DNA of 64,000 bases from Candidatus Hermodarchaeota archaeon (GCA_016839365.1 JAEOUH010000069.1:1-64000), one strand, 5' to 3'; positions 39,579 to 47,937 are shown, numbered from the stretch's first letter. The notes: generated from the sequence alone by a model not told the origin. Numbers and translations are program-made.

Positions 39579-41180
39579 TTAGATTAAACCAATGGTCTTC
39601 TGCCAGACCGTTGAAGTCGGTTTCTGATCAGCCCACAAGCGTAGGTTCAGAGTTACTTTGGGGGCTCCATTTGGCATAGGGAGGTTCATCCAAATATTCA
39701 CAGGGGAATCTAATCGAGGTGCGAAGGGTTCAATAGCCACTACCTGGTCCATAAGGCCGTCTGAAACGGTTGCTGTCATCACCATTTGGTCTAACGGATG
39801 GGCACTGCTTGGTTTTGGAATCAATGAGACCTTCAAGGGCAACGTACTCCCACGTGGGACAGCATCAGGGGCGTTAACCTCTAATTCTGCGGGGGCTTCT
39901 CTCAACCGGGCGGGAACCGATTCGGGGACACCCACCACTCGTTTTACTTTCCACCCGGTCTCAATCTTGGGCTCAGAACGCTCTCCCTTTTTTCCATCAA
40001 TGGCAACAGTATCAGAGTACCAACTGACTTTGAATTCTTGGCGGACGCGAGTATCCATCCAGTTTCCGATGATAAGGGGAATATGACGGTTTGTCACTCC
40101 TAACAATCCCATGGCCCCATGCCAGGTCGGATCAACAGGGATCCATTGACCCCGAATCCAAATTTCACTCCAAGCATGACGCTCCCAGGACTGCCCATTA
40201 TAAGCATAACCCGCTTCCAATCGGGCTGGTATTTTGTTCGCGCGACACAACGCCGCAAATAAAGCGGCATATTCAGTGCAATCACCAACCTGCTTTTCGA
40301 TAGCATAAGCTGCTCCTCTTTCATACTCTTGACGAACATACCGCATCTTCTTTGTAACTGCCCTCATCGCTGCTTGTGCAAATTGTATCGGTGTTGAATG
40401 ATCTTTAGCAATATCTCGGGCAAGATCTTTGATGAGGTGGTGGTGTGATTCTATGAAATTTTCTGGTTGGGTGAACTTAACGATATTGGATGGAAAGGCT
40501 GAGTTGCGAGTTTCTGGCGGAATATTATACCGTAGTGCGCGATTCCGAATGAGAGCTGTGTACCCACAGGTAAAGGCTTCTCCAACAGCAAGACTAGCTT
40601 GATGAAATCGTATCCATTGATTTCCGATTGTATCATTCTGTTGTTGTCCATCCTTCGGAGAGAACTGGATATCAAGTACCGTTTGCCGAGGAGGCAGCGA
40701 AGGCGGAGCAGCTATTATAACTCGAACATTGCTGATTCGAGCACGTGTAATGTTCTTCACAGTCGCTGAATAATTGACCCTGTGCACTACAATTGGTGGA
40801 TGTCCTCCTTCAAAGCGAAAGCATCCCATGACATAATGATCGTCGGGAGGTCCTCGATAGGGATACTTATCGATTGCGGCTTTGATGCGGGTTTCCTGCA
40901 ATGCAACAACGATTGTATAGAATCCAGACAGCAGATTTGCCGTCAGTGGCACACTAAATTCACCTGTATTAGTCTTACCAAAATGAAACGGGACCTTACT
41001 CACCATTCGCCCGAAGGGATCAATGATGTAGACGATCCCATTGTCAACCTTTACATTCGATTTTGCTTGACCCTTTCGTTTCAACTGAATAGAAATCCGT
41101 TGACCGGCTTTAACACTCGGAACACCATCTTGCCTCGTAGGGGCGATAATTTTCAAAGACACGGGAAGATTACTCGTCAT
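39579..41180 (-). CDS. transglutaminase-like cysteine protease/ligase with flanking Ig-like beta domains
   Basis: GDCTEYAALF..LCRA..IPAR, HAWSE, WIPVDPTW (Cys-His-Asp triad); no signal peptide. Confidence 0.88.
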   Translation of the reverse strand: MTSNLPVSLKIIAPTRQDGVPSVKAGQRISIQLKRKGQAKSNVKVDNGIVYIIDPFGRMVSKVPFHFGKTNTGEFSVPLTANLLSGFYTIVVALQETRIKAAIDKYPYRGPPDDHYVMGCFRFEGGHPPIVVHRVNYSATVKNITRARISNVRVIIAAPPSLPPRQTVLDIQFSPKDGQQQNDTIGNQWIRFHQASLAVGEAFTCGYTALIRNRALRYNIPPETRNSAFPSNIVKFTQPENFIESHHHLIKDLARDIAKDHSTPIQFAQAAMRAVTKKMRYVRQEYERGAAYAIEKQVGDCTEYAALFAALCRANKIPARLEAGYAYNGQSWERHAWSEIWIRGQWIPVDPTWHGAMGLLGVTNRHIPLIIGNWMDTRVRQEFKVSWYSDTVAIDGKKGERSEPKIETGWKVKRVVGVPESVPARLREAPAELEVNAPDAVPRGSTLPLKVSLIPKPSSAHPLDQMVMTATVSDGLMDQVVAIEPFAPRLDSPVNIWMNLPMPNGAPKVTLNLRLWADQKPTSTVWQKTIGLI

Positions 41181-41565
41181 TATCTCGACCTACTTGGTCG
41201 GCTTCAGAGCGGGATTCGATTCCTTCTTCTTCTGGAAGAATAACTACTTTTCCACCCAGTGGTTGAGGTGAGCGTCGGGGGACATCGCCCAATATTCTCA
41301 CAGATGTTCGTATCTCCGTAGGTTGGCTTCCTAAATCCAATCGGGGACCCAAAAACCGAGTAAAGTGTGGAGAGTGGGCTTCACCGCCACGAACGATTGC
41401 TCCGGGACAGGTGCCTTGCCCTGATTCTAAGAAGAGGGCACGACACGAAGGACAAATATAGCTACCACAGACTGTACAAATCCACCATTGGCTCCGTGCA
41501 TTTTCAAGTGAAACTTGAGTGGCACAAGCCGCACACCGCATTTGGGATGCACCATGTATACTCAT
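41170..41565 (-). CDS. RING-like/PHD-like Zn finger with SIM-like tail (candidate E3)
   Basis: C-x2-C-x15-C-x2-C-x4-C-x2-C-x11-CP-x9-H; tail RTSVRILGD and KVVILPEEE. Confidence 0.65.
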   Translation of the reverse strand: MSIHGASQMRCAACATQVSLENARSQWWICTVCGSYICPSCRALFLESGQGTCPGAIVRGGEAHSPHFTRFLGPRLDLGSQPTEIRTSVRILGDVPRRSPQPLGGKVVILPEEEGIESRSEADQVGRDNDE

Positions 41566-41789
41566 GATGGTCTCTCCTTAAGCTCACGTCGTTTCTTTTT
41601 ACCATGAATTCTAATGGAATAATAAGGCGAAAAGTTGGGAGGTCGTTCTTCTTCAAAAGGGATGTCTCTCTCTCGGAGAATCTGAATCCGGGTTTCCCTC
41701 TCAGATTCATTCGTTGATTTTTCAGGTTCTTCCTCATACTCGTCGGGGCTTTCTTTCTCCTCTGAAGGTGGATCCGACATAATTGACAC
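41562..41789 (-). CDS. small acidic/disordered protein with SIM-like motifs
   Basis: 75 aa, Glu-rich, RIQILRE and SIRIH; 5 nt from the E2 stop and ATGA overlap with the Zn-finger gene. Confidence 0.55.
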   Translation of the reverse strand: MSIMSDPPSEEKESPDEYEEEPEKSTNESERETRIQILRERDIPFEEERPPNFSPYYSIRIHGKKKRRELKERPS

Positions 41790-41794
41790 CTCGT

Positions 41795-42547
41795 TTATCT
41801 CTCATCATCAAGAATCCGAACCGATGTACGTCTACTTGGTTTATCCAAAACGCGGGGCGCCCTTCGAACAGATTCCGCGCTTGATGATGAGGACTCAAGT
41901 ATGCGTACACGTCCCTGCCGTGAAGCCGCAGCTGGCCCATCCTTGTGCTGGGCTTCCCAGAGCTGATCAAGGGTTTCAACGATTCTGTCTGCATCTTGCT
42001 CATACCATGCCATAGCCGCCATATTTAGACCATGATCGGATTGAAACTGAGATGGTGGTTCTACTCGGTCTGGTTTTAACAATACAAAAAAGGGGAGATC
42101 TTCAAGGATACGATCTAATTCTCCACGAACCGAGTAGCAGGCATGTCCAGTCCCGCTCGCCGCCAGTCTGGGGTGATACAGGGGCGTTTCTGCTACAGGT
42201 CGAATGGCGCCTATGTTCTGAGGGTACTCTCGGGGCAAATCAAAGATGAATCGATGCTCATAACGTATGGCGCTTGTATCCTCAAGGTTTCTGGGTTTAC
42301 GAACGAAGCCGGGGAGATTACGCATAGTAAAGCGAATCCGTTTAAAAGCTCCATCGCGATATCGGGCGATGGTGGAAACGGTGAAATCGCGATTGCTCCA
42401 AGCTGTGTCTTCGCGGTGCGGAGGATCTGGATCCCACCCTCGTCGTCCAAAGAGATTGTTCATAGTGTCAAAAAATGTCTGAATCTGGGTTTCCACTCTG
42501 GCGTTAAACAGCTCAGTAGAGAATACTGGTCGGGTCACGATTATCAC
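41795..42547 (-). CDS. E2/UBC-fold ubiquitin-like conjugating enzyme
   Basis: FIFDLPREYP, TPLYHPR (HPN-like), GHAC (catalytic Cys position), LNMAAMAWY helix; low-complexity tail. Confidence 0.8.
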   Translation of the reverse strand: MIIVTRPVFSTELFNARVETQIQTFFDTMNNLFGRRGWDPDPPHREDTAWSNRDFTVSTIARYRDGAFKRIRFTMRNLPGFVRKPRNLEDTSAIRYEHRFIFDLPREYPQNIGAIRPVAETPLYHPRLAASGTGHACYSVRGELDRILEDLPFFVLLKPDRVEPPSQFQSDHGLNMAAMAWYEQDADRIVETLDQLWEAQHKDGPAAASRQGRVRILESSSSSAESVRRAPRVLDKPSRRTSVRILDDER

Positions 42548-42591
42548 CCTCAGTTCCTGTATTCGTCTCGGGTGTGTGAAGATTTTTTTTG

Positions 42592-42912
42592 TTATTGTCC
42601 GACTTCAGGGACTACATCGAGGAGGAAGAATTCATCATCGGTGATTTTTGGTTCTAGCTCCCCGAAGGTTATACCTGGACTTAGCCGGGTGGGTTCAGGG
42701 GCTTTACGGATGAGCACAAATTCTGCACGCTGGTCCCCGATTTTCGCTTTAGCCCAATCGTCAATACTGACGCCCTCATCACGGGCCTGGGTGACAAGAG
42801 TGCGGATGACTTCATCGACACGGGTATCTTCATCAATGCCGATTCGGAATTCCTTTTGACGGGGCTCAACATCGACGATGATTGAGCGCCAAAATCCTTC
42901 ATCTTTACTCAA
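42592..42912 (-). CDS. ubiquitin-like (beta-grasp) protein with a capped C-terminal glycine
   Basis: SIIVDV..KEFRIGIDEDTRVDEVIRTL...FVLIR..LSPGITFGEL..ITDDEFFLLDVVPEVG-Q; TTG start after GGTGA; first gene upstream of E2. Confidence 0.72.
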   Translation of the reverse strand: MSKDEGFWRSIIVDVEPRQKEFRIGIDEDTRVDEVIRTLVTQARDEGVSIDDWAKAKIGDQRAEFVLIRKAPEPTRLSPGITFGELEPKITDDEFFLLDVVPEVGQ

Positions 42913-43154
42913 GACTGTTCACCTACAAAGGGAGGGTCACAGCACGCACTTTAACTTTACTCGAATCTTAGACGCAAGCTCGCCCTTCTTTAATCGTGAA
43001 AGAGAATAGGTCGGCTCAAAATCACAGACTGATGGCGCTTTGTCTTTGGTTGGTGTGAAAGTTTAAGAGTGATGGACTATTGTGACTTAATGTACTTGGG
43101 CAATACTGAACATGCTAGCTGCTCAGGATAATCCGCGGGAGTGCACTCGAGATA
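42913..43154. promoter_or_regulatory. divergent promoter region between the Ubl-E2 operon and the SMC operon
   Basis: Minus-strand GTAAAGTTAAAG (~42949-42960) and plus-strand GAAAGTTTAAG (~43057-43067) resemble BRE+TATA boxes. Confidence 0.45.
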
Positions 43155-46049
43155 ATGACCACTAGGCACAAGCCATCCTTATCAACTTCACCAATCGTGT
43201 TTCGTAGTATCCGTCTAGTGAACTTTGTCATTCACCGTGATACCACAATCCAACTCGATCAATCCCCTGTCATTCTTATTACAGGCTCCAATGGAAGCGG
43301 AAAAACCTTGATTCTCGACGCCCTGTTGCTCGCAATTGGCGTTGAATCTCGAAGAGCCCAACGTCAACGCAATTCGGCTTTCATCGGTCGATTCGAGAAA
43401 TATGCTGAAGTCATTCTAGAACTTAACAACTACCAACTCAATGGGCGACGAGTCTTAAGAAGCCCCGATCCTACCATGTCTGCGCTTCTTGATAAGGACG
43501 TTGTGTCGATCCGGCTACGAGTCGATGAAACAAACCGAATATCCTATTGGTTGAATGAAAAACGATCAGTGAATGGCCATCAGATTGCTCGTAAAGATAT
43601 TCGGAAACTCTTCCAAGCTGCTGGACTCTTTGGAGATTCTCCCTTAGCTGTTACTGAGGCTGAGACTTTAGACCACTTTGCCTCCCAATCTCCACGACGA
43701 AAGTTCGAGACTCTCCTGAACGAAACTGGGCTCCGTAATTGGATGGAAAAACTCGAGGAAGCCCGTCTCCTCGTATTACAGGCAAGAGCCAATGTCAAGC
43801 CCCTCGAATACCGGATCCGCCATGAAGAACAGCGCCTCCAGGTTCTGAAGGCAGCCTATGAAGCTTTTCAACAAAAACAGCAGCTCCAACAGAGACAGAA
43901 GGATCTCGACGTTGAAGCGGCCTGGGCTGAAGTGGCTTATCGTGAGGAGCTTGCTAGCCAACTCCAATCACAAGTTACCAGTCTGGAAACCCAACTCTCC
44001 GACCAAAATGAGAAATTGGACAAGTTAGACCAAAGGAAAACCAGCTTGAAAGAGAAGTGCGAAGCGATTGAAGCAAAACGGGAAAAGCTCCTAACAACCA
44101 TGGACTCGCTACACGATGAGCGGTTGCAAGCACAAGGCCATCGGCGAGGGCTAGAGAATGAACTCAAAGGCATGCTAAATCGAACAGAACGATATACCAA
44201 GCGTCGGAAGCCCGCAACAGGCAAAATTGACGCCATTCAGAAGGAGTTAGCAACGATTATCCAGGATCGAGATGGCATCGATGATCAACTCGCTCAGGTC
44301 CGACAAGATATTGCCTCAACGGAAGAGTACCTCTTTACCAAACCCCAACGGTATCCACATTTTGAAGAGACAATACTTCGGGGCTGCCTCCGATACCGGT
44401 CTGAACTTGATAAACTCGCACTCTCTGATGCAGTGATTGGGCCCCTTTTTGCGCTCATTCGTATGAAACCGGAGTATGCACAGTACGAAACCGCGGTCAA
44501 ACTGGCCTTGGGACGCTACTCCTATGCATTCATTGCTCTGAATCGAGAGGTCTTCGTTGAGGCTAAAAACTTGTATGATCATCTCTGGCCACATGAAAAG
44601 CCAGATCTGGTGGTCGCCCGGACAAATCCCACGACCGCGATAACGCGAGATCGCCCAACGGTTTCTTTACCCGTGATTGGTTGGGCAGCTGATCTCATTG
44701 AAGGGGATATATATGCCATTAGTTTCCTAAGCCGTGTCATAAACACAGCTATCGCGGAGGAAGGAGCCGATCCCAACACGCTAGTCGATGCCTCTCAACA
44801 ACTCAATTGCAACATCATTACTAGTGAAGGAACAAGTCATTATCTCCGAATCGGCGCCTTTGCCCGACCACCCCGACCCGTTACGGTAAGTTTGGATGTC
44901 TCTCTCAACGATTTGGGACTAGCCCAGGATGGCGCTGATACACGCATTCAACTCCGTGAACTTCGTGAACAAGAAGCTAAACTGATGCGAGACCGAATGC
45001 GCATCAATTCTGAAATAAGTCAACTTCGGGCAACCCTCCAAGACCTTCAGCAAGTGCACATATCTCATCTTTCTGATGGGGAAAGAACAGCCCTGGTCAC
45101 TAGTTCTGAACATCGAGTCGCTGAATTACAACAACTGATTCTTGAACTGGAAACTGAATGCGACAGGCTTAGCCAAGATTATCAGGAATATAACTTAGAA
45201 TTATCACCGATCCATTCCCGACAGCAAAAACTATCCGAACAACTCCAAAACCTTGACCTTCGACGATCACGCCGTCAGGTTGAAATCAACCACCTCGTTG
45301 CAGAGCTCAAGCAACGCGAAGATGAATATGAGCATCTCATTAAACAAACCAAACATTTCCGTAAGGCTGCCACAGCACTGGGAGAACGCCCTCAGGCTGT
45401 TCGAAACCCTACTGCGATTCGTGATGAACAAATCCAAATCCAGGCGATGATTGATACTATCACCGCCACAGCAGACGATCGGCAAGCCTTTGAAGACCAG
45501 GAACAAGTCGTCTCCCAACTCCAAGACTACCTCAAACAACGTCAGCTCCACTTAGAAAATCTGATGACGGACGTTGATCGAAGACTTCTCGAGTGGAGAC
45601 GGCAACTCCAAGAGACGGTTGAAATCCTCAACCACCGTATGAACCAATTACTCAGCCACTTCCTCAAGCAAGTCAAACTGCTTATTCGATTCCCCGATGA
45701 ACCCAGTCGTGCGGAGCTCCACCTTCAACTTGCCATTAACCGCAAAGGCGACTGGCGGACCTATCAAGAAATGTCTGGGGGCGAACGGGTCCTAGCCACC
45801 CAGACTTTCATTTTAGCCCTACACACTCTCGCCAAGAGTCCCCTCCATGTGATTGATGAATTTACCCAACGCCTCGATGAAGCAAGCCGTGCAGCTATTC
45901 TCAGTGTTGTTCAACGCGCCCTCGATTTAACCCAAAAAGACTCACTAATTCATCCACAGTTTCTTCTAATGGCTCCCTCCACGGTCGGACTCGAGATCCC
46001 AGAGACTATGCACCACGTCGTGCTGATCAAAGGACAGGTGAAAGTCTAA
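43155..46049 (+). CDS. SMC5/6-like ATPase
   Basis: IRLVNFVIH, Walker A GSNGSGKT, long coiled coils, hinge VIGPLFALI..AVKLALG..AF, signature MSGGER, Walker B/D-loop HVIDEFTQRLD, H-loop QFLLMAP. Confidence 0.88.
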   Translation: MTTRHKPSLSTSPIVFRSIRLVNFVIHRDTTIQLDQSPVILITGSNGSGKTLILDALLLAIGVESRRAQRQRNSAFIGRFEKYAEVILELNNYQLNGRRVLRSPDPTMSALLDKDVVSIRLRVDETNRISYWLNEKRSVNGHQIARKDIRKLFQAAGLFGDSPLAVTEAETLDHFASQSPRRKFETLLNETGLRNWMEKLEEARLLVLQARANVKPLEYRIRHEEQRLQVLKAAYEAFQQKQQLQQRQKDLDVEAAWAEVAYREELASQLQSQVTSLETQLSDQNEKLDKLDQRKTSLKEKCEAIEAKREKLLTTMDSLHDERLQAQGHRRGLENELKGMLNRTERYTKRRKPATGKIDAIQKELATIIQDRDGIDDQLAQVRQDIASTEEYLFTKPQRYPHFEETILRGCLRYRSELDKLALSDAVIGPLFALIRMKPEYAQYETAVKLALGRYSYAFIALNREVFVEAKNLYDHLWPHEKPDLVVARTNPTTAITRDRPTVSLPVIGWAADLIEGDIYAISFLSRVINTAIAEEGADPNTLVDASQQLNCNIITSEGTSHYLRIGAFARPPRPVTVSLDVSLNDLGLAQDGADTRIQLRELREQEAKLMRDRMRINSEISQLRATLQDLQQVHISHLSDGERTALVTSSEHRVAELQQLILELETECDRLSQDYQEYNLELSPIHSRQQKLSEQLQNLDLRRSRRQVEINHLVAELKQREDEYEHLIKQTKHFRKAATALGERPQAVRNPTAIRDEQIQIQAMIDTITATADDRQAFEDQEQVVSQLQDYLKQRQLHLENLMTDVDRRLLEWRRQLQETVEILNHRMNQLLSHFLKQVKLLIRFPDEPSRAELHLQLAINRKGDWRTYQEMSGGERVLATQTFILALHTLAKSPLHVIDEFTQRLDEASRAAILSVVQRALDLTQKDSLIHPQFLLMAPSTVGLEIPETMHHVVLIKGQVKV

Positions 46050-46840
46050 TGATAACTAATGATACTTCTACATTTCTCCGTGCCTTTCCGCGCCGCAAGG
46101 CCTGGTATGACACTTTCCAATACAACTACAAGCGAACACGACTATCATCTTTTGGAACCAAAGGGATAGTAATTACGCTATGGAATCTGACCAAAAAGTA
46201 TGAGGTTGCCCTAAAACAGCACGATACGTTCCCGATTAAGGAAGCGGAGATTGACCGTGAAGAAGTTGCCGATGCATACCGCGTCCTTGATACCCCCTGG
46301 GAACGAACTCTCGATGGGCGTTTCTACTATAATCTCGCTTCAATGCAACATCACCGGGATTCTCAATTGGCTGCTCCTGAAATCGCTCCCGAGGAATGGA
46401 TTTCCCAATTTGCCAATGAGGTCAAACGACGCGCGACTCCGGTACTCTTTTTAATTAATCAAGAGCGGACCATCCCACCTTTCCAATTGCCTCCTGCTGA
46501 TTCGCCGGTCGCAATGGACGATGCCCCTACCCAAGATGATAAACAGGCTATGCGCAAACACCGTATCTCTTATGAAGAGATCTCCATAGACGCTCTCGGC
46601 GCTAGAAGGGCGGATATCCTGAAACGGCTACAAGGCAAACGATACAACTATGCAGCCCTATCCGAAATCCTAACCAACTGGGAACTCGATTTACTCAGCC
46701 AGATGATTCGGGATAACATCTGTCCTGCAACGTTCGAAAAAACGGCTATCATTTTTCGACACCCTCCACCTAAAACAAATCCTGCTTTCACTGCTGTTGC
46801 CATTACCGCACAAAACCATGAGGAGGTTCCTCGAAAGTGA
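46049..46840 (+). CDS. putative kleisin-like subunit (ScpA/Nse4 position)
   Basis: TAATG-coupled to SMC and GTGA-coupled to the KITE; helical N-terminus, Pro/acidic linker, possible C-terminal winged helix; call is mainly positional. Confidence 0.45.
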   Translation: MITNDTSTFLRAFPRRKAWYDTFQYNYKRTRLSSFGTKGIVITLWNLTKKYEVALKQHDTFPIKEAEIDREEVADAYRVLDTPWERTLDGRFYYNLASMQHHRDSQLAAPEIAPEEWISQFANEVKRRATPVLFLINQERTIPPFQLPPADSPVAMDDAPTQDDKQAMRKHRISYEEISIDALGARRADILKRLQGKRYNYAALSEILTNWELDLLSQMIRDNICPATFEKTAIIFRHPPPKTNPAFTAVAITAQNHEEVPRK

Positions 46841-47484
46841 CCTCAGATCCAATACCTACTGACACCATCTCTTCCACAAGCGAGGATTCAGAAGAAGAGG
46901 TGTTAGAGCAACGTCATCTCATTGGTCAGCTCTTTGCCGCCCTCACAGCAAGGTTTCGGAATGAGGAAGGCCAACTCAGCATCGGGGTCAAACGGCAAGA
47001 TCTTTTAGAAGCCCTTCATATCAATAAGACTGGCTTAGTCCGCCTCCTCGATTTACTCCGCCAGCAAATATCTCCCCTGGGGCTAGAATTGGTTGAATAT
47101 CGAATGGGACGGGACACGCTCTATTGTGTTCGAACCATTTACGGAGTTCCTGGCGAGCTCACTGATCCTGAATACGCCGTATTAGGAGTCATCATTTCCA
47201 CTGTAGAACAGGTGAGTAAACTCCATCGTCCACGCCGGGTGGCCACAAAAGACATCGAAACAATCCTTGTAGCCCGTGGGCGCCTCTCCCGCTACCAACT
47301 CGATCGTATTTTACGACGACTAACCGAGCTAGGCTATATTACGCGAACCGCACGACGAATTACTTACGGTCCACGACTCGAATTGGAATTTGATGCTGAA
47401 CGCCGTGAAGCCATCGCCAGCGCAGCAACCCTGTATCTCGCAGGGGCTACAGCTGATTCGGAGGAAGACCTGAATGAAACTTGA
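46837..47484 (+). CDS. KITE protein (tandem winged helix, Nse1/Nse3-MAGE/ScpB-like)
   Basis: LRQQISPLGLELVE, LTDPEYAVLGVII, LDRILRRLTELGYI, ITYGPRLELEF (GPR..E motif of Nse1/MAGE WH-B). Confidence 0.72.
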   Translation: MTSDPIPTDTISSTSEDSEEEVLEQRHLIGQLFAALTARFRNEEGQLSIGVKRQDLLEALHINKTGLVRLLDLLRQQISPLGLELVEYRMGRDTLYCVRTIYGVPGELTDPEYAVLGVIISTVEQVSKLHRPRRVATKDIETILVARGRLSRYQLDRILRRLTELGYITRTARRITYGPRLELEFDAERREAIASAATLYLAGATADSEEDLNET

Positions 47485-47935
47485 TCTCTCCACCGTTGGC
47501 ATCAGTTGTGTAGCCTGTGGAACCCGAATCACACTTGAGGAGGCAATCCAGAAGGAATGGCACCAATGTTTACGGTGTCAGTTCTTCATTGATCCCCATT
47601 GTCTTGGAATTGTCCAAAACACCATGGGTGGGGTCTGCCCCTCATTTAGCCAAGGAGTGACCCGTCATTCCTTGCAAGCTGCTGATATTCCTACAGAACA
47701 GATCCTCATATTCGTCAAAGATCAATATCAGAAAGGTCACGGAGGTGCTCTCATCGACTCCTTATTTTATACCAGACCTTCAGCTTTAAAGAAACCACAA
47801 CACCCAAGTCAAATGGAATCGAACTCTGAAGAACCTCTCACCCGAGAAGAAATCTGGCAACGCTTTGGACTCGTTTTAGTGCAGCGGTCCCAAGGTAAAT
47901 GGAAAACTTGGGAAAAAGTTGGCAGTACTAGCTGA
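47474..47935 (+). CDS. RING-like Zn finger protein (paralog of 41170-41565; Nse1-RING-like)
   Basis: C-x2-C-x16-C-x2-C-x4-D-x2-C-x11-CP-x8-H; overlaps the KITE stop. Confidence 0.65.
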   Translation: MKLDLSTVGISCVACGTRITLEEAIQKEWHQCLRCQFFIDPHCLGIVQNTMGGVCPSFSQGVTRHSLQAADIPTEQILIFVKDQYQKGHGGALIDSLFYTRPSALKKPQHPSQMESNSEEPLTREEIWQRFGLVLVQRSQGKWKTWEKVGSTS

Positions 47936-47937
47936 TA

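Noticed and set aside
42143-42859. 238-aa plus-strand ORF
   Set aside because: Antisense shadow of the E2 and Ubl genes, with no motifs.
43155-46049. Rad50/SbcC
   Set aside because: No central CxxC zinc hook, no adjacent Mre11/SbcD, and a globular hinge is present.
43155-47484. Wadjet (JetABCD), MksBEFG or Lamassu defence system
   Set aside because: No Toprim/JetD nuclease or recognisable Lamassu effector; gene order is SMC-kleisin-KITE; the hinge and H-loop look SMC5/6-like. A defence role is not excluded, but it is not one of these named systems.
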